From Candidatus Bilamarchaeum dharawalense (lineage in GTDB: Archaea; Micrarchaeota; Micrarchaeia; Anstonellales; Bilamarchaeaceae), in the NCBI GenBank assembly GCA_902386555.1, contig CABMJJ010000009.1, positions 245,525 to 309,524 on the forward strand: a stretch of DNA of 64,000 nt. Direction: 5' to 3'. Of this stretch, positions 9,922 through 18,130 are shown one piece after another. The notes beneath the pieces were generated by a model that searched no databases, was not told where the DNA came from, and saw only the letters and a program-made list of their open reading frames with translations. Both the position numbers and the translations under genes were made by a program. The number at the start of each line of letters is the position of its first letter. The first letter of the stretch is position 1.

Positions 9922-11115
9922 TCATTTTACCTCTAAAGTTGCTGCTTCCCTATCAAGGTTACCATTTCTTGTTCTCTGAGACCAGGTAACCATGGCTGCC
10001 TGAGCAGCACCAAGACCCATGATTATTGGGTTGAATGCAGCACCAAGAAGCTGGCTGGCTTCAGCAGTAATTGGGGTAAACAACAGTGCAGCATCGATAG
10101 CAAGACAAATTGCAGTTGTCACGATCTCAGGAACATATGGTTTTATTCTGAGATTGGTTAATGTTTCAGCAACTCCGCCTTGGGTTTTTGCAAGTTTTTC
10201 AACAACTGGTTTTGGACCCTTGATCAGGTATTCAACTTGTTTACCATCGTGCAATCGAGCGGTTAGAGTTATCTTGCCATAGGTGGTTAGTATCTCTCTA
10301 GTAACTGCCTCGCCTGCATGAAGACTAATATTTTCTCTTCCTTTTGGAGTGTGAAGGACCAGGTCGTACTGCCCCGAGGTGGATTTGGTATATTCCAAAT
10401 AACAACCAGTAAACAATCGCCTTTGTGTACCTGGAAGACCGAGGGTTGTTTTAAGTGTTTTTGAATGTGGGATATCTGCCGCTTTTTGCAGGATACCTTC
10501 AACTTCACCTGCTAATCTTATTGCATCTACATATCTTTTTTCAGCAATAGCAGTGTTGGCTTCTCCTTTTTTAGCAGCAGCATCAGATAGATCTTTTCCT
10601 AATTTCGCTGCAGCATCTATTTTGGCAGATGCTTTATCAACTGCCTTGCGAGCATCTTTTTCAGTAGGACCTTTTGGAACTTTTGGTGCTTTGACTGGTT
10701 TTACAACAACCGGCTTTGGAGCTGGTGTTGGTGCTATTTTTGGTGGTTCATCAACGTGAAATGGAATGGGTGCTGGTGCATCTGCTGCAGATCCAGATGG
10801 TTTTGGTGCTTCTCTAACAAATGGAGGATCTCTTGGTAGGTCACCAAGATCAATTGGTTTATCTCTGTCTGGACCAAAGCCTCTAGCAAGAACATCAGTT
10901 CTATCATGTGGTTCTTCTCTTACCGGTGCAACAACTTTTGGTGCTGCTTCTGGTTTTGGTACTGGACCTCCTGGAAGACCATCAGTCAAACCTTTTTCTG
11001 CAACTCTTGCTGCAAGTGGTGCGCCAGGATTAACAGCTCGGTTAGCTGCATCCAATCCGGCATTGACTTCATCCCTGAGTGAAGAACCCCCGCCTCTTCC
11101 TCGTGGAGGTGCCAT
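9922..11115 (-). CDS. Pro/Ala-rich hypothetical protein with two C-terminal TM helices
   Basis: Low-complexity N-terminus, helical middle, hydrophobic IVTTAICLAID...IIMGLGAAQ near the end. Confidence 0.75.
   Translation of the reverse strand: MAPPRGRGGGSSLRDEVNAGLDAANRAVNPGAPLAARVAEKGLTDGLPGGPVPKPEAAPKVVAPVREEPHDRTDVLARGFGPDRDKPIDLGDLPRDPPFVREAPKPSGSAADAPAPIPFHVDEPPKIAPTPAPKPVVVKPVKAPKVPKGPTEKDARKAVDKASAKIDAAAKLGKDLSDAAAKKGEANTAIAEKRYVDAIRLAGEVEGILQKAADIPHSKTLKTTLGLPGTQRRLFTGCYLEYTKSTSGQYDLVLHTPKGRENISLHAGEAVTREILTTYGKITLTARLHDGKQVEYLIKGPKPVVEKLAKTQGGVAETLTNLRIKPYVPEIVTTAICLAIDAALLFTPITAEASQLLGAAFNPIIMGLGAAQAAMVTWSQRTRNGNLDREAATLEVK
10921..11014. repeat. 94-bp exact repeat, copy 1 (copy 2 at 11997-12090)
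   Basis: Identical sequence encoding AARVAEKGLTDGLPGGPVPKPEAAPKVVAPV in two adjacent genes. Confidence 0.95.
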
Positions 11116-12167
11116 TAGGCTTCACCCACTGGTCTTACACTTTCCCAATTAATTTGAGAAAGGCAAGCGTTGGCTCTGGCAACTACAACAGCAGTACGAA
11201 GTTCTATCTGTGCTTTAAGTGCTGCATTTTCTGGTAATGCAAGAGCAGTTGGATTTGTGTTCTCTTCTGCTGAAATCATTGCAACCACATTTGCACTGAC
11301 AGTCATATCTGCTAAAATACCTTTGGTTGTTTCAACACCAGATTTTCTAGCGATGTCAACCACTGGACCAAAGTCTAAACCATTGTCAGCTCTTGTGCCT
11401 GCAACTTTTGGATCTTTTGGAAGATTTGCAGTTAATTCACCAAGAACATAGTGGGAGACTTGCATTACCGTCATTGCTCTGACGATACCTGCACTCTCTG
11501 CTCCTGTTCCAAATGCTCGATCAACATCGCTTTCGAGTTGGTCGAGTCTTGCTCTTAAGCCTTGTGCTGGATTTGGTTCTGCTTCGGTGGGTACTTTACC
11601 TTCAATTGCATCAACTAAAGAAGTGATTGAATTTCTTACACCGGCCATGAATGGATCAATAACTGTTTGGCGCAATTCTTGCAATACACCAGCAACAAAT
11701 TCTGGTCTTTGTTTTGCTAATGCAGCTGCAACTAAAGCATCAATATCCAATGGTGGTTTCTCTTCAGCAACTGATTTTGGTGCTTCAACTGGTGCTGGAG
11801 CAGATTGTTTAGGTGGTTCAACAGCTGCAACTACATCGCGTGTTGAAACTTCACCAGGTTCAGGAATATCAACTGGTGCTGATGATGGTGTAGACGATGC
11901 TGAGAATCCTGCAAGTATATCTTCTACTGGTGCAACAACTTTTGGTGCTGCTTCTGGTTCTACTGGTGCAACAACTTTTGGTGCTGCTTCTGGTTCTACC
12001 GGTGCAACAACTTTTGGTGCTGCTTCTGGTTTTGGTACTGGACCTCCTGGAAGACCATCAGTCAAACCTTTTTCTGCAACTCTTGCTGCAGCTGGTACAA
12101 CTGGTGTTACTGGAGCCTTACCCTGTAATCCTATTTTTTTCAATCTATCTGCTAATGATTCAGTCAT
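11115..12167 (-). CDS. Pro/Ala-rich hypothetical protein with tandem repeats
   Basis: SD GGTGA before ATG 12167; PEAAPKVVAPVE x3; helical C-terminal half. Confidence 0.75.
   Translation of the reverse strand: MTESLADRLKKIGLQGKAPVTPVVPAAARVAEKGLTDGLPGGPVPKPEAAPKVVAPVEPEAAPKVVAPVEPEAAPKVVAPVEDILAGFSASSTPSSAPVDIPEPGEVSTRDVVAAVEPPKQSAPAPVEAPKSVAEEKPPLDIDALVAAALAKQRPEFVAGVLQELRQTVIDPFMAGVRNSITSLVDAIEGKVPTEAEPNPAQGLRARLDQLESDVDRAFGTGAESAGIVRAMTVMQVSHYVLGELTANLPKDPKVAGTRADNGLDFGPVVDIARKSGVETTKGILADMTVSANVVAMISAEENTNPTALALPENAALKAQIELRTAVVVARANACLSQINWESVRPVGEA
11922..12029. repeat. 3 x 36-bp in-frame tandem repeat
   Basis: TTCTAC[T/C]GGTGCAACAACTTTTGGTGCTGCTTCTGG at 11922, 11958 and 11994. Confidence 0.95.
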
Positions 12168-12172
12168 TATAA

Positions 12173-13675
12173 TCACCCTTTAGAAAGATCAACTGGCGTA
12201 TCCTTAACCGCAAGACCTTGAGCAATAGTTTCTGTTCTTCCTTCAACTGGTGCTGCTGTTACTGGATTCTTGAAGCTTGGTTCAGCAATTAGTGCACTCA
12301 CATCTGGAGAAAGTAACACCTCAAGGGTAATTTCTCCTTTTAAAAATTTGGCAAACAAGTCAAGCTTTGCATCTACTGCAGCAAACCCATCTGCAATTGC
12401 TTTTGGCAAAGCAGCTAGCTGGCCTTCCACTTTAGTTACAGCCGCCTGAGCGCCTTCTGCAGCTTTTTGTGCAGCTCCAAGAAGACCTTCAGCTCGTTGT
12501 GCTGCAGCTTTTGCTTCTTCAGCTTGTCTTACTGCAGAACCTGCGCTAGTCTTGGCAGTCCGAACTTCTGAGAAAAGGAAATCAGCAAGTGCTGGACCAC
12601 GAAGTTCAATATCAGCTTGACCAGGTTCATTTACTTTTAACACAAACACATCTTCAACTGCTTTTCTTGTCATATCTGGCAGGTCGAATTTTATTTTCTC
12701 CAATGCGCCAACAATATGACCAAGTAACGCAACTCCCTTCATTTCAACATTTTCTACTTTATCACCTGTTTTAACAGAGACAGTAGCTGTGAAAAGAGAT
12801 TCCAATGCACCTTGAACACGAGTAGCAAAGGCACCAGCGTCCTGTGCATTTTCAATCTGTGCGCATATAAATTCCAATGCCTCGAAACCAGTGATTCTTT
12901 CTTTCACCGTGGTTGGTTTACCATCTTGACCATTGGGACCTGGACCCTCACGATTAACACTAAGCGAACCAATTCCAGTTACAATCTCGCTCAATGCATC
13001 AACACCAGTAATGGTGCTTTTTCCGCGTTTAAGTTCCAAACCACTAACATTAGAGAGTAAAGTTTGCAATGCTTCGGTACCAGACACATCAGACTGACCA
13101 TATTTCATAGATAGGGCAGCCAGTGCACCTACAATTTCATTAATTTTTTCAAGAGCCTTTTCACCAGTCAAAGTTTCTTGTTTTCCTTTGACAACAACAG
13201 AAATGGAAACTGTGTCTATGGTAGATTTAATATCACGAGCAAGAGTTTCTGTTCTTTCTGCAGCGTCCTGTGATTTTTGTGCTGCGCCTTTTGCTTCTTC
13301 AGTATTGGTTCTAATTTCTCCTGCCAATGTTCTTTCTTCACCGATAAATGCTTCTATTGCAGTATTGTTATCATGAACTGCTGCCTGTGCAGCTACGACT
13401 TTTTCTCCAGCTTCATGAAGTAGATCTCTTGCTTCTTCAACTTGTTTACCTGCATCGGTAGCAGCTTCTTTGGCTCCTCGAGCATCTGCTCTAAGATCAT
13501 CCAATTGAGCATCAACAACGCCCTTGACTGCGTCCAAACCCTCAGTAAGGCTTGCGCCAACTGAGCCCTTTTCGCCACCAAGAACTTTTTGAATATTTCT
13601 TTTTGCTCCGTCGAAATCTGGTTTCTGTGGAGTAACTTTCTGACCCGGATTACCTTCGCCTGCCAAACATATCAC
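12173..13675 (-). CDS. Ala-rich coiled-coil protein with about six internal (T/S)GxxAL repeats
   Basis: Heptad-like Ala/Glu/Lys ends; repeats TLTGEKAL, DVSGTEAL, TITGVDAL, RITGFEAL, EMKGVALL, ELRGPALA; the true start may be TTG 13666 after GAGGTGA. Confidence 0.75.
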   Translation of the reverse strand: MICLAGEGNPGQKVTPQKPDFDGAKRNIQKVLGGEKGSVGASLTEGLDAVKGVVDAQLDDLRADARGAKEAATDAGKQVEEARDLLHEAGEKVVAAQAAVHDNNTAIEAFIGEERTLAGEIRTNTEEAKGAAQKSQDAAERTETLARDIKSTIDTVSISVVVKGKQETLTGEKALEKINEIVGALAALSMKYGQSDVSGTEALQTLLSNVSGLELKRGKSTITGVDALSEIVTGIGSLSVNREGPGPNGQDGKPTTVKERITGFEALEFICAQIENAQDAGAFATRVQGALESLFTATVSVKTGDKVENVEMKGVALLGHIVGALEKIKFDLPDMTRKAVEDVFVLKVNEPGQADIELRGPALADFLFSEVRTAKTSAGSAVRQAEEAKAAAQRAEGLLGAAQKAAEGAQAAVTKVEGQLAALPKAIADGFAAVDAKLDLFAKFLKGEITLEVLLSPDVSALIAEPSFKNPVTAAPVEGRTETIAQGLAVKDTPVDLSKG

Positions 13676-13705
13676 CTCATGATATAGTATAAAATGTGTC
13701 TTATG

Positions 13706-13734
13706 GTATACTTTAGTGGGGATTGTTATTTAAA
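13706..13734 (-). promoter_or_regulatory. TATA box plus conserved CCACTAAAGTATAC box
   Basis: Same 14-bp box and 7-nt spacing as at 9861-9889. Confidence 0.7.
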
Positions 13735-13767
13735 TGTTTGCATTAGTGTTTTTTTGTAATTTTGGAA

Positions 13768-14754
13768 CTATTGACTGCTCTCGGTGGGTTGGTGGTGTTC
13801 ATATAATTTAGTGTAACGACCCTCAAACAGAGTTGCCCGTACCAGCCCAAGGATAAAGCTTGGGGATTCCCTCATTCGTCTAACAGAATAGGGGAACTCA
13901 TTAGGGCCATATGGTTCATATATTTCAATTGGAACTCCCTGAGTAACCAGTTGATCTGCAAGTTTTTTCATAACCCCTCTAAGCATTTGAACTACGAAAT
14001 AATCTTTTTGGAAATCACCCTGCTGAAATGCCACTGCTTCGGCAATTCGTTCGCTATGGTGAGAGCCAATGGCAACACCAAAACTAGAGGATGATTGTGT
14101 AAACGCAATTTCTATCAATTCGGCAAATGCACGGTGAATCTCTTCGTTTTTCATAAATGCAATTCCAGGAGATTCGGGGTAGATTCCTTTTACCAAACGA
14201 ACCGTGGCCTGATCTCTTTGCATAAGATCCCTAAGGTCATCTGGAGTTCTTTTGAGATTTGCTTGAAGTACAAGACGAACAAGACGACCCTGCACTTCCA
14301 GTAATCTTTTGTATAGTCCTATGGTAAAGTCAGTGGTATCACTACCTTCCATGTCCATCCAAACAGGAATGCCTTTACGACTGGCAAGAGCAACAATATG
14401 TGACATATTTCCTGCAGTATAATTTTCCGGAGTGGACAAACCAGCAACATCCAACCCGAACTGGGTGGGTTTCATACTAATTGCTGGGACAAATGTTGGA
14501 TCGAGTAATTCAGATGAGGAAAGAAAAGTAGCAAGACGTTCTATCAATGTTTCGTATGCTTCCATATTATGCATAACTTCTTCTTTAGTTTTACAATGTT
14601 CACCAAGATAATTTACAAGGGCGCCTTTACCCTCATCATGATCTTTTTGAATGGCGCGAAGGACATGTTCCACAGTTGGACCAGCACACCATTTACGTCC
14701 AACAGTTGCGTGAAAAATAGCCCCACCAACTCCTGCATGTTGTCTCTGTTTCAT
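13768..14754 (-). CDS. proline dehydrogenase (monofunctional PRODH family)
   Basis: SMKPTQFGL, WMDMEGS, VLQANLKRT, VRLVKGIY, YEPYG, YSVRRMRE. Confidence 0.85.
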   Translation of the reverse strand: MKQRQHAGVGGAIFHATVGRKWCAGPTVEHVLRAIQKDHDEGKGALVNYLGEHCKTKEEVMHNMEAYETLIERLATFLSSSELLDPTFVPAISMKPTQFGLDVAGLSTPENYTAGNMSHIVALASRKGIPVWMDMEGSDTTDFTIGLYKRLLEVQGRLVRLVLQANLKRTPDDLRDLMQRDQATVRLVKGIYPESPGIAFMKNEEIHRAFAELIEIAFTQSSSSFGVAIGSHHSERIAEAVAFQQGDFQKDYFVVQMLRGVMKKLADQLVTQGVPIEIYEPYGPNEFPYSVRRMRESPSFILGLVRATLFEGRYTKLYEHHQPTESSQ

Positions 14755-14846
14755 TAGTTCCACCCACATTTTGTTCTAAGAAGACACCACAATATACCAT
14801 AAAATAAACAATTTATAAAAGCTAGTTATTTTTTCCTATTATATAG

Positions 14847-17090
14847 TTAGTTAGAAAAAGAAACTCTGCGAAGCATTACTGTTTTATCGTCATCGGTTTT
14901 ACCTGGACGTAACTCGGTGCACTGACAGATGGTTTCGAAACTAGTTACGGCAGTGGGGGTGGGTTTACCCTCGGCATCCAGAATAGGTTTGCCATCTGGA
15001 CCTTCCAATACCGGTCCATCCTGATTATCCGCTCTTCTAGATTCAGCCATGTTAATAAGCGCAGCTCTTGCCTCCGCAAGATCACCATGGTATAATTCTA
15101 TTACTCTGGCAAATTCGTGGGGACACACAGGTACTCCAACACCATCGCTATTTGCAACGACAATATCTCCATTTTCAAGGATTATTGGTTCATGTTGGTA
15201 TACGCGATTATTGATGAAAATAAGCCCTGCGCCTGCGCCTGCTGCAGAACCAATGTGATTTGCTGGGAATGGAAATTCTTTGGTTTTTTCAAGAACAAGT
15301 TTATAAAACTCTCTTGTTTGCTCTGGAGTAAGGTTGTGCAATTCCAAACCTTTTCTTCTAAGATCAGCCAGGACAAACTCATAGGCAAAGGAAAGACTTC
15401 TAGAATGACCAGTACTTTCCTCGAGTGTTTCACCATCACGAATTATTCTCCAATCACTGTCGCCGCAGTGGATACCATAAAATTCTTTGCCTTTTTGAAA
15501 TGTTACGGTAACCGTAGTTCCCATGTTATTTTCCTGGTAACTGGAATCGTTGGTTTTGGAGTTAATTTGTTCCATAACAATGGCAAGGTCTATCATGACA
15601 ATAATACGTCTAACATCTTCCGGTGTTTTGAGCCAGCCAGCTATGGCAGCTAATTCAAAAACTTCTTTTGCAATTTCACTTGCTCTTTCACCACCAAAAT
15701 GTCCGCCCATTCCATCAAATACAGCATCCAGTTGGATCACATGGCCACCGGGTGTGATGATGGTAGCTGAAGAAAAATTATCTTCACAAACTTTCGGATT
15801 GCCATTTTCGTCTCTTTTGGCTTTCATCACAGTATCATTGTAGGAAACTTCCCCGTGGGCTGAATGTTCGACCCAAAGAAAACTACGAAGAAGATTGAAT
15901 TGTGCTTCTTTGAAAGCAGCTCGCCTAAGAGAACCCAGATCCATTGCCGAATCAAATGCTGCAATATCCAGAATATTGGGCTGATATCTGCGATTGCTGG
16001 TTGGACTTACAAATGCTCTTCTTAATGCGTTTTGAATTTCTGGACTCAGATCTCTATCTGAAAATGATTCGTCCAGGCTTGTGGGTAAATTTTCCGCCGA
16101 TCGCTTATAACGACCCTTATGCTGGGGAAGAGAAACGAATGAATCAACCAAACCAACTTCCTCTCTTGAAAATTTTGGATCAGGATCAAAACGAACTTTG
16201 TGAGCTAGAGAAGCAGCAGTAAACAGATCCAAAGAACCATGGTGCCAGTATTGACATCGTTCTTCCATTGGCGTTTTAAACCATAGATCATAGTGTGCAT
16301 GAAGTTTTTCTCCAATGTGATTATAGGCAGTAGTGGCAACTGAACGATCCAGAACAAAACCTTTTTTTCCTGGAGTTAAAATGGAAACGTTTTCAACGCG
16401 CTCCAGCCAACGGAGAATTTCAACATCCTGTTCAGTTAATTTTTTCCTTTCAGCAGTGAGCACTGTTCTAAGGGAATCCAAGGATGCTCGAGATGGATAT
16501 AGAGCATTCCATAATTTGCTAAGTGTTTGATTATCATTTCCCACCCATGCAGTGAAGAGTTCAAGTTTCAAAGCCATTTCAGGTGGAACTATGGACTGAA
16601 ACCGTGCCTGGGTTGGAAGAACAGATCTCATGGGAGTGAACATAAGTGAATTTAGAAATTGTGCCTGGAGATAGGAGGGTGCGATTGCAACTGCTTCCAA
16701 TTGCTCCTGTTGTGTTGCTGGAGTGAAATTGCATTTTTCAATAAGTGATTCTACAGTAGCATTACGGGTTTGAATTTCCTGTTTCCAGGTTGGTAGTGCC
16801 CAGCCTTCAGTGACCACAATTTGCATTCTTAAATCTCTCACACCCGCATGCAATTGTAGAAATTGCTCCAATGTTTGCTGGTCAAAGGGTGTACCTTTTT
16901 TACCTAAAACCATGATTATGAAATCTTTTTCTGTTGAGGTTAGTTGAGTAAAAATTTGTTCACTGCGATTAATCGGAATGGGTTCGTAGACATGTACCCC
17001 CCACTTGTAGGCTAAAGAACGAACAACCATAGCTAGGTGTGGCTGTAATACATGATGACCTTGTGAACGACGAGGATCTGTCTCTGCCAT
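14847..17090 (-). CDS. large protein with C-terminal PP2C/PPM Ser/Thr phosphatase domain and N-terminal leader motif
   Basis: VFDGMGGHFGGERAS, MGTT, HCGDS, NSDGV, DDKT; N-terminal RSLAYKWG motif. Confidence 0.85.
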   Translation of the reverse strand: MAETDPRRSQGHHVLQPHLAMVVRSLAYKWGVHVYEPIPINRSEQIFTQLTSTEKDFIIMVLGKKGTPFDQQTLEQFLQLHAGVRDLRMQIVVTEGWALPTWKQEIQTRNATVESLIEKCNFTPATQQEQLEAVAIAPSYLQAQFLNSLMFTPMRSVLPTQARFQSIVPPEMALKLELFTAWVGNDNQTLSKLWNALYPSRASLDSLRTVLTAERKKLTEQDVEILRWLERVENVSILTPGKKGFVLDRSVATTAYNHIGEKLHAHYDLWFKTPMEERCQYWHHGSLDLFTAASLAHKVRFDPDPKFSREEVGLVDSFVSLPQHKGRYKRSAENLPTSLDESFSDRDLSPEIQNALRRAFVSPTSNRRYQPNILDIAAFDSAMDLGSLRRAAFKEAQFNLLRSFLWVEHSAHGEVSYNDTVMKAKRDENGNPKVCEDNFSSATIITPGGHVIQLDAVFDGMGGHFGGERASEIAKEVFELAAIAGWLKTPEDVRRIIVMIDLAIVMEQINSKTNDSSYQENNMGTTVTVTFQKGKEFYGIHCGDSDWRIIRDGETLEESTGHSRSLSFAYEFVLADLRRKGLELHNLTPEQTREFYKLVLEKTKEFPFPANHIGSAAGAGAGLIFINNRVYQHEPIILENGDIVVANSDGVGVPVCPHEFARVIELYHGDLAEARAALINMAESRRADNQDGPVLEGPDGKPILDAEGKPTPTAVTSFETICQCTELRPGKTDDDKTVMLRRVSFSN

Positions 17091-17157
17091 TTTATCTCCT
17101 GTACTTATAAGTGTAAATTTGTGGGAATCGATTTATAAATCTATGGAAAGTTTTTTA

Positions 17158-17862
17158 CTAGGAAACAGGGACTTGGAAAATGACACCAACCGCATAACCA
17201 GCAACTGCAGCAGCACCACCAATTATCATGAGTTCGAATCCACCAACGAACCATTTGCCGGAAATTTGATGACTTTTGTATGCACCCAAAACAAAGAGAG
17301 TGATGAAAGAGAGGATTAATCCTAGCCAAATGGAGGTTGAAACTGGGAAAAAGAAGAATGGAAAAAGTGGGATCAGAGAACCAATAATTGCACTCACTCC
17401 AACAAGAATACTTTGCTTCACTGGACTCATTCCATCCCGTGGATCTTCGAGGTGAAGCTCGTCCTTCATCATTGTTTCAAGCCAAACTTTTTTATTTGAA
17501 ATAATTTTATCAACAACCTGATCCAGGAGTTTGCCTGAAAATCCCTTGGCTTTGTAAATCTGGACGATTTCATCTTTTTCACGTTCAGGAAGATTCTCCA
17601 TTTCCCAAAGCTCTCGTTTTAGTTCGGCATCGTAATGCTCAACTTCTGCGCGTGAAGAAGTGAACGCAACTGCAGCCATGCTAACACTTTCAGCAAAGGC
17701 AGCCGCAAGACCAGCAAGAATAACTAGAGGCGTTGATTGGGTTGCAACAGCTACACCTAATATAATACCAAGAACATTGACCAGGCCGTCCTGTCCACCT
17801 AGAATTAGATTTCGGAAAAGTTCACCGCGACCAGTGCGGTGTTGTTCTGCATGTTCTTGCAT
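17158..17862 (-). CDS. VIT1/CCC1 family Fe/Mn transporter
   Basis: RNLILGGQDGLV, AESVSMA, ELKRELWE, GSLIPLFP. Confidence 0.9.
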   Translation of the reverse strand: MQEHAEQHRTGRGELFRNLILGGQDGLVNVLGIILGVAVATQSTPLVILAGLAAAFAESVSMAAVAFTSSRAEVEHYDAELKRELWEMENLPEREKDEIVQIYKAKGFSGKLLDQVVDKIISNKKVWLETMMKDELHLEDPRDGMSPVKQSILVGVSAIIGSLIPLFPFFFFPVSTSIWLGLILSFITLFVLGAYKSHQISGKWFVGGFELMIIGGAAAVAGYAVGVIFQVPVS

Positions 17863-17891
17863 ATGTTTTCTTAGTATTATAAACTTAAAAA

Positions 17892-18043
17892 TGGACTTGA
17901 GGGGACTCGCACCCCTGGCCTCCTGAATGCGAATCAGGCGCTCTGCTTCCAGCTTTTAGGAATTACTTCCTAAAAGATATTTCTCTAGTTTGACATTTTT
18001 CGCGAAGCGAAAAATTAACAAAACCAAACTGAGCTACAAGCCC
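17892..18043 (-). tRNA. tRNA-Ala (anticodon CGC) with a 78-nt D-loop insert/intron (17945-18022)
   Basis: Acceptor GGGCTTG/CAAGTCC-A with G3:U70; anticodon arm CCTGA-TTCGCAT-TCAGG; T arm AGGGG-TGCGAGT-CCCCT; removing the insert gives a 74-nt cloverleaf with D arm GCTC-AGTTTGGTA-GAGC. Confidence 0.88.
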
Positions 18044-18130
18044 GAAAAATGTTATTATATTAATGCCAAATATAAAATAATGCTTTACTGAACACAAAAA
18101 ATTAGTAAATATATTCTACACGTTAGTTTA

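Noticed and set aside
11922-12029. 36-bp repeats as a CRISPR array
   Set aside because: Head-to-tail with no spacers, in frame within a CDS, and no cas genes.
11587-12183. 198-aa plus-strand ORF with GATTFGAASGS repeats (also 10766-11152)
   Set aside because: Antisense shadow of the Pro/Ala-rich minus-strand genes, which have SD sites and operon coupling.
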